In this document: piece by piece, positions 42,840 to 51,738 of the stretch
Numbering within the stretch: the first letter of the stretch is position 1
Layout of the letters: each line of letters starts with the position of its first letter
Source: Longimicrobiales bacterium
GTDB lineage: Bacteria; Gemmatimonadota; Gemmatimonadetes; Longimicrobiales; Gaopeijiaceae
Assembly: GCA_965219445.1 (NCBI GenBank)
Contig: CBDCNQ010000002.1
Location: forward strand, 288,001 to 352,000
Length of the DNA: 64,000 nucleotides
Reading direction: 5' to 3'
Position numbers and translations under genes: made by a program
The notes under the pieces: model-generated
Told to the model about the DNA's origin: nothing
The model's input: only the letters and a program-made list of their open reading frames with translations
Databases searched by the model: none

Positions 42840-43163
42840 ATGATTCCGGAAGACGCATTCATCTCCCCGGACGATCCGATGATCCCGGACGAGTTCCGGG
42901 AGGCACTCATCTCTCCTGAAGAGCCGCTCACGCCGCGAGAGGAGGAAAGTGGCGTCGCGGTCGGTATGGACGGGTCCACTCAGCGTGAGGTGGCGGCCGC
43001 CGACGTAAGCCTCCACCCCGAGAGAGTGGCGGACATCCTCGAGTCCGTGTCGGCCGATCTCAGAGAGAACGGGATCATTGGTCTTCAAGGCGAAGGGGGA
43101 GCGTCCACGTTCGAAGAGGACCTGAAGTCCCACTTGGCGGAGTATTTTTCAAAGTACCACTGA
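42840..43163 (+). CDS. hypothetical acidic protein
   Basis: ORF coupled to the next gene (TGATG overlap); internal repeat MIP.D..ISP. Confidence 0.6.
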   Translation: MIPEDAFISPDDPMIPDEFREALISPEEPLTPREEESGVAVGMDGSTQREVAAADVSLHPERVADILESVSADLRENGIIGLQGEGGASTFEEDLKSHLAEYFSKYH

Positions 43164-43948
43164 TGCGCATTCCCATTTGGGCGGCCCTGGCCCTTGTGGG
43201 CCGCCTCATGATCCCCGTCGCGGGGCACGCTCAGGAGCTGCCCGAGTGGCTTCTGGCGCTGAAGCTCCCCAACTCTGGCGCCAAGTCGATTATGACGCCC
43301 TCCGCGTGGGGAGCAGCTTACGGAGCGGTCTATCTCGGCGCCGGAGCCGCCGAACGTACACCGTACCTCACCTCCGCGGACGGCATCCTGGGGATGGGGT
43401 ACGGGTTGGGCGATCCCATTCTCACAGCTGGACTCCAGCTCGGCACGACCGTATCCGACCTGAGCGAGTTCGGCAATGTGTCGTTCTCTTTCAAGATCCA
43501 TCGGTATCTCGCTAAAGGAACGACCATCGCCCTCGGAGCGGAGAGCCTCCTTTCAAATAACGAATTCGCAGACGACGCCGGATCCACCTTCTACCTCGTG
43601 GCGAGCCATGTACTGCAGTCGCTCGGATCGAACCGCCCCGGCATCGGCCGTGTCCACGTGAGTGCCGGCGTCGGAACGGGCCGCTTCGCGAATAAGAGTG
43701 GTCGGGATTTCGCGGAGGGGAAGGGAAGCACCGGGACGATCGCCTTCGGGAACGTCGCCATTGAGGTGGTACGGGACGTCAATGTCATCGTCGAGTGGAG
43801 CGGGACGAATCTAATCGCTGGGATGAGTACGACGATGCGGCTAATGACGATGCCGATCGCATTTTCCATCGGCCTTGCCGACTTGACAGGATACAGCGGA
43901 GACGGAGCCCGCCTGGTCGCCGGTGGCGCGGTGGCCCTATCCCTTTAG
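43163..43948 (+). CDS. hypothetical exported protein, possible beta-barrel
   Basis: Signal peptide (AHA-Q), alternating amphipathic strands. Confidence 0.7.
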   Translation: MRIPIWAALALVGRLMIPVAGHAQELPEWLLALKLPNSGAKSIMTPSAWGAAYGAVYLGAGAAERTPYLTSADGILGMGYGLGDPILTAGLQLGTTVSDLSEFGNVSFSFKIHRYLAKGTTIALGAESLLSNNEFADDAGSTFYLVASHVLQSLGSNRPGIGRVHVSAGVGTGRFANKSGRDFAEGKGSTGTIAFGNVAIEVVRDVNVIVEWSGTNLIAGMSTTMRLMTMPIAFSIGLADLTGYSGDGARLVAGGAVALSL

Positions 43949-43959
43949 GAAAACGAGCC

Positions 43960-44388
43960 ATGCGTACGATAATCACACTTGTTATGGTCACAGCAGGGTC
44001 CCTCCTCGCGGTGACCGGACCAGCTACAGGCCAAGAAGTAAACTCGGACGTGAGCATCCCCCTCCCTAGGGAGATCGTGACCACCATCCCGGCGGTCAGC
44101 GGCCTCTTCATCGGACCGGATAGGTCGCAAGACCAAATATTCCAGGGCGCTTTGGATGACGCCGAAGTGGGCGTCTTGGATGAGGCCGAGGCGAGAGAGA
44201 CGCTCGGTGACTTCATGACCTCCCTTATGGTCAGAGCCGGGATCATCGAGACCGTGAGCGAAGCCGATCGTGTGGCCGAGTCGGGCGAGAACTCCGAAGA
44301 CGGGTCTTGGCCGGCTTGGACGGGTCGGACTCCGCTGACGCTCTCGGTAAGTCGAACCGGACGATCCGAAGCGCTGCGGCGGCGCTGA
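43960..44388 (+). CDS. hypothetical exported protein
   Basis: AGGA RBS, signal peptide ending ATG-Q. Confidence 0.6.
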   Translation: MRTIITLVMVTAGSLLAVTGPATGQEVNSDVSIPLPREIVTTIPAVSGLFIGPDRSQDQIFQGALDDAEVGVLDEAEARETLGDFMTSLMVRAGIIETVSEADRVAESGENSEDGSWPAWTGRTPLTLSVSRTGRSEALRRR

Positions 44389-44412
44389 ACGGTTTCTGGG
44401 AGGCGACAATCA

Positions 44413-44811
44413 ATGAAGGAACTCAAGGTCGAAACTGCAACCCAGAAACTATACTGGGACAGCGAGAATGAGATCGTGTGGGGTGAACTCTTCGGAAACC
44501 AAACAACAGAGGAACTCGCCAAGGAAAATATCGACGCACAAGAGAGCGTTCGTGATGGCATGAACAAAGCGAAAACCCGTGTGCTTGTAGATATGACCGC
44601 GGTAACTGAGATATCGAAGGAGGCGCGAGATTACTTCGGTAATGAAAGAACGGCTTCCATCCAACGGGCCACGGCATTGTTGATAGCCTCACCGGTAAGC
44701 AGGGTAATCGGCAACTTCTTCATGGGCCTCAATAAGCCAATCTCGCCAACCAGATTATTTACAGATCCCGACAAAGCGGTTCAGTGGTTACATACGTTCA
44801 GCGATGAGTGA
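44413..44811 (+). CDS. STAS/SEC14 (SpoIIAA-like) domain protein
   Basis: VLVDM....ISKEARDYF, A.ALLI.SPVSRVIGNFF..LNKP..PTRLF pattern; GGAGG RBS. Confidence 0.75.
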   Translation: MKELKVETATQKLYWDSENEIVWGELFGNQTTEELAKENIDAQESVRDGMNKAKTRVLVDMTAVTEISKEARDYFGNERTASIQRATALLIASPVSRVIGNFFMGLNKPISPTRLFTDPDKAVQWLHTFSDE

Positions 44812-45658
44812 GGAGCAACCCGATGAGCGATGGGACGCCATCCTGGGAATGCTTGAGAGTATCGCTTCTCTGGACTTCTCCCGAAGCCTTCCGATAAGTG
44901 ACGAAGCCGACAACATAGATGCTGTCGCTTCAGGCCTGAACATGCTGAGTGAGGAGCTGCACGCCAACGTGGTGGAAAGGTCGAAGCTCGAAGCAATCGT
45001 CGAGGAGCTTGAAAGGTTTGGGTCTATGATCACCGCCAACAGCGATCTCATGGCATTTGTGGATCCGGCGTTTACGCATCGGGCGGTGAACCAAGCCTAC
45101 TGCGATGAATACGGACGGACCCAAGACGAGATCCTCGGACACATCTTAGCCGAAGTGATTGGGGAGGAGGTTTTTGAACAGACGCTGAAACCCCACTTCG
45201 AACGTTGTCTTGCGGGCGAGCAGGTGGCCTTCGGATTCTGGTGGGACTCGCCGTATCGGGGCCGTCAGCACATCGATACGCAATACAACCCGTTCTTCGA
45301 GACCGATGATTCAGTGTCGGGAGTCGTGGTGCATGCGCGGGACACGACCGAGCAGAAGAGCACCGAGGACCATCTCAAACGGTCGGTCACGAAACTCGAA
45401 GCGGCGAATCAAGAGATGGAGGCGTTCGGCGACGCCCTGGCGCACGATCTGAGGAGCCCTCTGCTGATTGTCACCAACTTCAGCCATCAGCTCCTCGAAA
45501 CCCTCGGCCCCTCGCTCGATGGACAATATCAAGACGACCTCCAGCGTATTTCATCCGCGGGTCGGCACATGACGCATATCATCGATGACCTTCGCGACCT
45601 CGCTGACGTGAACCGTAGCGAGATCAGTCGAAGGGAAATCGACCTATCTGCGCAGGGG
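44804..45658 (+). pseudogene. PAS sensor histidine kinase, truncated after HisKA by an IS3 element
   Basis: HAMP-like N-terminus, PAS (FVD..HRAVNQAY), H-box AHDLRSPL; kinase-like sequence stops at the IS end; no HATPase domain seen in the window. Confidence 0.88.
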
Positions 45659-46774
45659 CAAGGTGGTCCCGGTTTTTTGGACAGGTCGTTAAGGTGGATT
45701 CCAGAGCGGAAGAGGAGGCACCGAGATGGCCAGGAAGAGACGGCGGTTCACGGCGGAGTTCAAGGCACGGGTAGCGCTCGAGGCGCTGCGCGAGCGGGAC
45801 AGCGTGCAGGCGATCGCGGCGCGGCACGAGCTTCATCCGAACCAGGTGACCACATGGAAGCGGCAGCTGCTCGAAGGGCTGCCGGAGGTGTTTGCCGGGG
45901 GCGCGGGCCGCAAGGCCGCCCTGGAGCACGAGGCGAAGATCCGGGACCTGCACGCCAAGATCGGGGAGCTCACGGTCGAGCGGGATTTTTTTCGGCGCGG
46001 GCTCAAGCGCTGAGCCGGGCGGAGCGGGGGCGGATGATCGAGCGGGACGGACCGCTGAGTCTTTCGAGGCAGTGCGCGCTGCTGGGCGTGAGCCGGTCGT
46101 CGCAGTACTACCGGCCGAAGGGGGAGAGCGCCGAGGACCTGGCGCTCATGCGGCGCATGGACGGGCTCCACACGGCGTATCCGTTCTACGGGAGCCGGCA
46201 GCTGATGCGGCATCTGCGCCGCGAGGGCGTTGCCGCGGGCCGGCACCGGATCCGGCGGCTCATGCGCCTGATGGGGATGGAGGCGACCTACCGGCGGCCG
46301 CGCACGAGCGTGGCGAGTCCGGAGCACCGGGTCTTCCCCTATCTGCTGCGGGGCCTCACGATCTCGCGGGCGGACCACGTGTGGTGCGCGGACATCACCT
46401 ATGTCCCGGTGACGCAAGGGTTTTTCTACCTGGTGGCTGTGATGGACTGGGCGACCCGGCACGTGCTCGCCTGGCGGCTGTCGAACACGATGGACGCGTC
46501 GTTCTGCGTCCAGGCGCTGGACGACGCGCTGGGCTGGAGGGCTCCGGAGATCCTCAATACGGATCAGGGCTCCCAGTTCACCAGCGAGGCGTTCGCCGAC
46601 CGGGTGCTGGGTGCGGGCGTGCGCTTCTCGATGGACGGCCGGGGCCGCTTCCTCGACAACATCTTCATCGAGCGGCTGTGGCGGTCGCTGAAGTACGAGG
46701 CGGTGTACCTCTACGAGCTCCGGGACGGGCCCGACGCCCAACGCATCATCGGCTCGTGGATCGACTTCTACAAC
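45659..46774 (+). mobile_element. IS3-family element, right end missing (boundaries approximate)
   Basis: Putative IRL AAGGTGGTCCCGGTTTTTTGGACAGG; orfA 45726-46013 (RRFTAEFKARVAL); T7 run at 45986-45992 in the orfA/orfB overlap; orfB DDE (ADITY, TDQGSQF, FIERLW) ends before the usual RPH motif. Confidence 0.9.
45726..46013 (+). CDS. IS3 transposase OrfA (HTH)
   Basis: MARKRRRFTAEFKARVALEAL..IAARHELHPNQVTTWK; GAGGAGG RBS. Confidence 0.9.
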   Translation: MARKRRRFTAEFKARVALEALRERDSVQAIAARHELHPNQVTTWKRQLLEGLPEVFAGGAGRKAALEHEAKIRDLHAKIGELTVERDFFRRGLKR

Positions 46775-46956
46775 AAGTACAGCAGTATGATCGCGAACAT
46801 CGTCCCATGCGGTCCCATAGTATTCCGTAAAGCGTTTGATTACAATGTGATACGGCATATCAGAGCCGTGTTCACAGGCTCCCTCTTGTGCCGGGTCGTA
46901 CCGTATTGTACCATTGTGTATCCGTCGATATGTGATACACAGGTAGGATACACCAC

Positions 46957-48153
46957 ATGCGTAAACGACCCCTTACGGCCGCCTTCGTGGCGCGAGTGAA
47001 GACGCCGGGACGCTACGGCGACGGCGGGCTCGGCGGGCTCGGCCTGTACCTCCGCGTCCACCGAATGAAGTCCGGGCGCGTCTCCAAGTCCTGGGGCCAG
47101 CGCATTCGAGTGGGAGGGAAGCCGACCAATCTCGGACTGGGCTCGTACCCGGTCGTGACGCTCAGGGAGGCGAGAGAGAAGGCGCTGGAGAACAGGCGGG
47201 CAGTCCATTGGGGCCACGACCCGAGAGACGCGGGGGTTCCCACCTTCGAGGCGGCCGTCGAGAAGGTGATGGCGATCCACTCGCCGACCTGGAAGAACCC
47301 ATCCCGCATGGCCGGGCAGTGGCGGCAGACGCTGCGGGACTACGCCCATCCGCGCATCGGCCGGAAACGTGTGAGCGAGGTCGCGACGGCCGACGTGCTC
47401 GCCATCCTCAAGCCCATCTGGTCGAGCAAGCCCGCGACCGCGAGGGCCGTGCACCAGCGGATCGGCGCAGTGATGAAGTGGACCGTCGCGAAGGGCTACC
47501 GGCCGGATAACCCGGCGGGGGACGCCATCGCCGCCGCGCTGCCGCGTAACGGCAACGCCATCCGGCATCACAAGGCGCTCCCGCACGGCGAGGTGGCGGC
47601 GGCTCTGGCCAAGGTCCGCGACTCGGAGTCCCATGCCGGTGTCCGGCTGGCGCTCGAGTTCATGGTCCTGACCGCGACACGCTCGAACGAGGTCCGGGGC
47701 GCGGCGTGCGACGAGGTCGAGCTCGATGTCTGGACCATTCCCGCCGACCGCATGAAGGCGAAGCGCGAGCACCGGGTTCCCCTGTCGGGGCGGGCCTTGG
47801 AGATCCTCGAGGAAGCCCGGAAGCTCCACGGCGGCGGCGAGATCGTGTTCCGGGGCGCGAAGGGAGGAAGGATCCACGCCTCGATGTTCAGCAAGTCGCT
47901 CCGGCGTCTCGGCATCGCAGGAACGCCCCACGGGATGAGGTCCTCGTTCCACGACTGGTGCTCGGAGACGGGCGTGGCGCGCGAGGTGGCGGAGGCGGCG
48001 CTCGCACACAAGGTCCGCAGTCAGGCCGAGGCCGCCTACGCCCGCTCGGACCTGCTGGACCGCAGGCGCGAGGTCATGCAGGCTTGGGCCGGATACTTGG
48101 CTGGCGAGACTCTAGAACCGGAGGCCCCGCCGATGCAAAGATCTCTCCGCTAA
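46957..48153 (+). CDS. P4-type tyrosine integrase with arm-binding domain
   Basis: GLYLRV, LGLGSYPVVTLREAR; catalytic R (TRSNE), K (MKAK), HGMR, LAH and Y (AAYAR) all present. Confidence 0.95.
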   Translation: MRKRPLTAAFVARVKTPGRYGDGGLGGLGLYLRVHRMKSGRVSKSWGQRIRVGGKPTNLGLGSYPVVTLREAREKALENRRAVHWGHDPRDAGVPTFEAAVEKVMAIHSPTWKNPSRMAGQWRQTLRDYAHPRIGRKRVSEVATADVLAILKPIWSSKPATARAVHQRIGAVMKWTVAKGYRPDNPAGDAIAAALPRNGNAIRHHKALPHGEVAAALAKVRDSESHAGVRLALEFMVLTATRSNEVRGAACDEVELDVWTIPADRMKAKREHRVPLSGRALEILEEARKLHGGGEIVFRGAKGGRIHASMFSKSLRRLGIAGTPHGMRSSFHDWCSETGVAREVAEAALAHKVRSQAEAAYARSDLLDRRREVMQAWAGYLAGETLEPEAPPMQRSLR

Positions 48154-48870
48154 CTCTTCCCCCACCTTCATCTAAGGCGCGAGTCTCAGTGCGTCGCGGC
48201 TGACGAGTTCTCCATGCCTCGACGACCAGAATGATGCCTTATCTCAGTAGACTCGTGCGACTCCAGGATAGCCTCTCTCCCCCCACTCGGCGAAAGTCAG
48301 CCCCTGAGGGTCCCACACGATACGGGGAAACTCCTTCTCCAGTCGACACGCTAACTCGGCCGCCTCGGGCACGACGAGCACGACCCTGGGACGCTCGTGG
48401 ACGGATAGCTCCTCGAGAAGATCCTTGTAGGAGCTGCCATCACTCGGGCTAAAGGAGTAACCGATGCTTATTACGATCGGATGTGATCGCAGCAATTCCA
48501 GCGCCTTCGACCGCACTCCCATCAGGAACTCCTCCCGGAGACCTTCGGCCTTCGCCGGGACGGGGGCGATGACACGTTCGGTTAGGTCTGGATTGTATCC
48601 CAAGCCACCCTCGGCGCGTATGTACGGAGAAAACAAGTCTCGCAGAGAGTGAGAATCGAACATGAACTTCGGACGGTCATACCACTTCATCAATGGGATG
48701 CCCTGCTCTGCCGCAGACTCAAAGGCATCATAGGGGCATGGCGACCGCTACCGGTACCGATCAGCAGCGAAGCAGCCCGAAGACGAAGAGGCGTTCTCCT
48801 CCGGGAACGGGTGCGCGTTCATCATTGTTCGCGCAAGGAAGCAACCCACCTATCCAAGAGGAGAACGCCG

Positions 48871-49926
48871 ATGGAGAGATATATCGGACTCGACGCACAC
48901 GCGTCGAGCTGCACGCTGGGGATCGTAGGACCCAGCGGCAAGCGCTTGGGCTCGCAGGTGGTGGAGACGAACGCGCGGGCGCTGATCGAGGTGCTGCGAG
49001 GGATTCCGAGGAACCGGCACTTGTGCCTGGAAGAAGGGACGCTGTCGGGGTGGCTGTACGAGGTGCTGGAGCCGCACGTGGAGGAGCTAACGGTGGCGGG
49101 GGTCGGCAAGAGCCGGGGCCCGAAGACCGACAAGCTGGACGCGTTTGCCCTGGCGGAGAAGCTGCGGATCGGATCACTGGAGACGAGGGTCTACAAGAAC
49201 CGGGGCCAGTTCAGGCGGCTGGGGGAACGGGCGAAGAGCTACGACTTCCTGGTCGGCGACACGGTGCGGGTGAAGAACCGGCTCAAGAGCGTGCTGCGCT
49301 CGAGAGGAGTGGCCTACGGCGCGGGGCGCTCGGTCTACTTAAAGCGCGACCGGGAGGAGTGGTTGGCCAAGCTGCCGGAAGCGAGCAGGACGACGGCCGG
49401 GTTGCTGTACGAGGAGCACGACGCACTCGTGGCATTGAGGGCGAAGGCCGAGAAGGCCTTGCTGGCGGAAGCACGCAAGCATCGAGAGTGGCATGTGCTG
49501 AAGACGTGCCCGGGTCTGGGTCCGATCCGGACGGCGGAGCTCCTGCCGGTGGTGGTGACGCCGTACCGGTTCCAGAGCCGGAGCAGGTTCTGGGCGTACT
49601 GCGGACTGGGCGTCGTGATGCGGAGCTCGTCGGACTGGGTGCGGGGTCCGGGTGGGCGGTGGGTAAGGGAACCGGTACAGCAGACGCGGGGGCTGAATCG
49701 GAACTTCAACCACACGCTGAAGCGTGTGTTCAAGGGCGCGGCGACGACGGTGATCGGTCGGGCCGAAAACGAACCCTTGTACCGCCACTACGAGCGACTC
49801 CTGGAGGGGGGCACGAAGCCGAATCTGGCGAAGCTGACGATCGCGCGTCAGCTCGCCTCGATCGTGCTAGCGGTGTGGCGCACGGGCGAAGCGTACGACC
49901 CCAAGAGACTGGAAGCGACGGAGTAA
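48871..49926 (+). CDS. IS110-family DEDD recombinase/transposase (351 aa)
   Basis: YIGLD, CLEE, KTDKLDA RuvC-like motifs; PGLGP; YCGL...RSS serine motif; GAGGAG RBS. Confidence 0.95.
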   Translation: MERYIGLDAHASSCTLGIVGPSGKRLGSQVVETNARALIEVLRGIPRNRHLCLEEGTLSGWLYEVLEPHVEELTVAGVGKSRGPKTDKLDAFALAEKLRIGSLETRVYKNRGQFRRLGERAKSYDFLVGDTVRVKNRLKSVLRSRGVAYGAGRSVYLKRDREEWLAKLPEASRTTAGLLYEEHDALVALRAKAEKALLAEARKHREWHVLKTCPGLGPIRTAELLPVVVTPYRFQSRSRFWAYCGLGVVMRSSSDWVRGPGGRWVREPVQQTRGLNRNFNHTLKRVFKGAATTVIGRAENEPLYRHYERLLEGGTKPNLAKLTIARQLASIVLAVWRTGEAYDPKRLEATE

Positions 49927-50292
49927 ACCGGGCCGGGATCGGCGAGCGTGGGGTCGAAAGCGGTCACAACATGGGGTCCGACGAAACGGAAGCGAACCGG
50001 TTACAGGGGACAGCATCCATACACACCGTGGGCCGGGGCAGAGAGCCCAAGCCCCCACTCAAAGGCTATGCACCCCTGGAGAGCCGAACGAAGCGATGGG
50101 CCACAGAGTCCCAGATAGAAGGATGGTTCCCGCTCCAGAGCGGAGAACGCGACGGCTGTGAACGTCTTCCGGACTGCGATGCGGACCCTGCGAGCGCACC
50201 CCTCCCCACCCTGAGTCGTCGACCGGGCAATCCAAACCATGCGGACGCCGACGGTCAAAAAATGAGCCGACGGCGCGTGGGGAAGGTGCGTC
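49927..50292 (+). ncRNA. putative bridge/seek RNA of the IS110 element (ends not determined)
   Basis: Stem-enclosed loops carry CACACC (50022-50027) and ACTCAAAGG (50057-50065), matching the target, and ATAGAAGG (50115-50122), matching the donor end. Confidence 0.82.
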
Positions 50293-50315
50293 TTGACCGC
50301 CAGCCCCATAGAAGG
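50293..50315 (+). promoter_or_regulatory. -35 half of a circle-junction promoter
   Basis: TTGACC plus 17 nt to the element end; joins CATCAT (48726-48731) when the element circularises. Confidence 0.7.
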
Positions 50316-50880
50316 TGTGACGCAGCGTGTACACGAGAAGGCTCCCGTGAAGGTGAAGGACAAGGTTCCGAGAGTCCTGAACGTCGTCCGTCTCGGCAGT
50401 GGGTCCTCGCCCTACTTTGACGGGGACACCGTATCCGTCGAGCGGAGACCAACGCCCAGCGCGGAGCAGCCCGTATTCCAAGAAGGAATCGTAGTTGAAC
50501 GACAGGTATGAGCTCTCAGGGAAGTCATCGATCATACGGCAGTACGGGTTGCCGTGATGATTAGGATCCAGCAGCCGTCGAGCGAGGTAGTAGTCCGCCT
50601 GCATGAGTGTATCGCACAAGCGTTTGATTGGCGCCGAGTCGCGAGAGCCCAGGGCATCGGCGAGCCGATTCTCCACTTGGTCTGGAGACACGGCCTCGGA
50701 AGAGTCGGGGAAGCAGATGCTTGGGAGGTCGCCGACCAGCGGATAGCGGCAGTCGATTTCGTACTCTCCGATATAGATCGACTCGACACGGATCGAGCCG
50801 GCTAGGCGCCGCGCATCCGCGCCGAACCCGGCTCCGACTAGAAAGAGGGGTGGTGGTTCGCTCGGCGACGTAGTCGTTTC

Positions 50881-51480
50881 TTAGCAGTCCTGGTAGTTTG
50901 CTTCCATGCAGGCGCGAGCCAGGTCCGTCGCCCGGCTGATCTCCACTGGGGTCATATCACGTTCGAGGCGGTCCCGCACTTCTCCAGCTGAGTCGTGCCC
51001 ATTGGCGCTGGCGATATTGTACCACATGTGCGCGAGTGTTAGGTCCTTGAGGACGCCCAAGCCGGAGTCGTAAGCCGCCCCGAGCGCAGCCTGTGCATCG
51101 GTGTTGCCTTTTTCGGCAGCTAGGCGGTACAAGCGTAACGCTTCGGGCAAATACTTGAGGGCGCCTTCGCCCAAGGTATAGGCCTTTCCGAGGGCGGCCT
51201 GTGCGGCGGCGTTGCCCTGCTCTGCGGCCATGTGGAACCAGCGTACCGCTTCCGCACGATCCTCAGGGGCACCCTCGCCCAACCAGTAGGCGACCCCGAG
51301 ATTGTACTGTGCGTCGGCGTGGCCCTGTTCGGCGGCTTGGAGCCACCAGCGTACCGTCTCGGCACGGTCCTGGGCGACGCCTTCTCCACTCCTGTAGGCC
51401 CACCCGAGGCGGTACTGCGAACCGGCGTGGCCCTGTTCGGCGCCCATCCGGAACCAGCGCGCCGCCTCGGCATCGTCCTG
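50881..51480 (-). pseudogene. Sel1-repeat protein, N-terminally truncated
   Basis: About 4.5 Sel1 repeats and a typical AHMWYNIA..ARAC tail; upstream sequence is integrase/mobC debris with no signal peptide. Confidence 0.8.
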
Positions 51481-51485
51481 GCGGG

Positions 51486-51533
51486 CCGCACGGCTTCCAC
51501 TCGAGCTTTCGCGACTGGGCGGTGCAGGAGACG
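51486..51533 (+). pseudogene. tiny tyrosine-integrase fragment
   Basis: Translates PHGFHSSFRDWAVQET, the HxxR box region of P4-type integrases. Confidence 0.7.
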
Positions 51534-51534
51534 A

Positions 51535-51643
51535 GGCTGCGAGCGGCACGGCGGCGGCCGCGGTCTTGGGCCTTGGCCCACCAGTCGGCGAGTTCGGCCG
51601 GCGATACACGGGTGGCGGCTGTGACGGTGCGGTGATCGGCCAT
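51535..51643 (-). pseudogene. mobC-like N-terminal fragment
   Basis: MADHRTVTAATRVSPAELADWWAKAQ resembles KIRASEAERAEWHAKAR of the mobC at 58948; same position relative to the oriT-like repeat. Confidence 0.55.
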
Positions 51644-51738
51644 CAGGACGCGCCGCCGAGGGGGGAAGGGGCGCGAGCCCCGCCCGCGAACTCCGCCGGA
51701 GCGCGGGTGTCGGGGGGATCGAAGGGGGGCGGAGCCAT

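Larger units (their letters stand above)
48726..50315 (+). mobile_element. IS110-family (IS1111-like) insertion sequence, 1590 bp, apparently complete
   Basis: DEDD transposase; AAGG at both junctions (48722-48725, 50312-50315); imperfect sub-terminal IRs ATAGGGGCATGGCG / CGCCAGCCCCAT; 389-nt 3' non-coding end. Confidence 0.93.
48244..50880 (-). pseudogene. SIR2-like domain protein split by an IS110 element (coding parts 50880-50316 and 48725-48244)
   Basis: FLVGAGF (about 50825-50845), YPLVGDL, SFNYD and HLHGS in the 5' part; IGYSF in the 3' part; removing the IS restores the frame (..LRHTF-ESAAEQG..). Confidence 0.85.

Noticed and set aside
48693..50420. 575-aa + strand ORF spanning the IS110
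   Set aside because: Alternative frame of the GC-rich transposase and non-coding end; low-complexity composition, no motifs.
50059..51609. Sel1-SIR2 read-through fusion (same frame, single TAA at 50881-50883)
   Set aside because: The Sel1 part ends in a natural-looking C-terminus (ARACMEANYQDC); a shared frame is a one-in-three coincidence.
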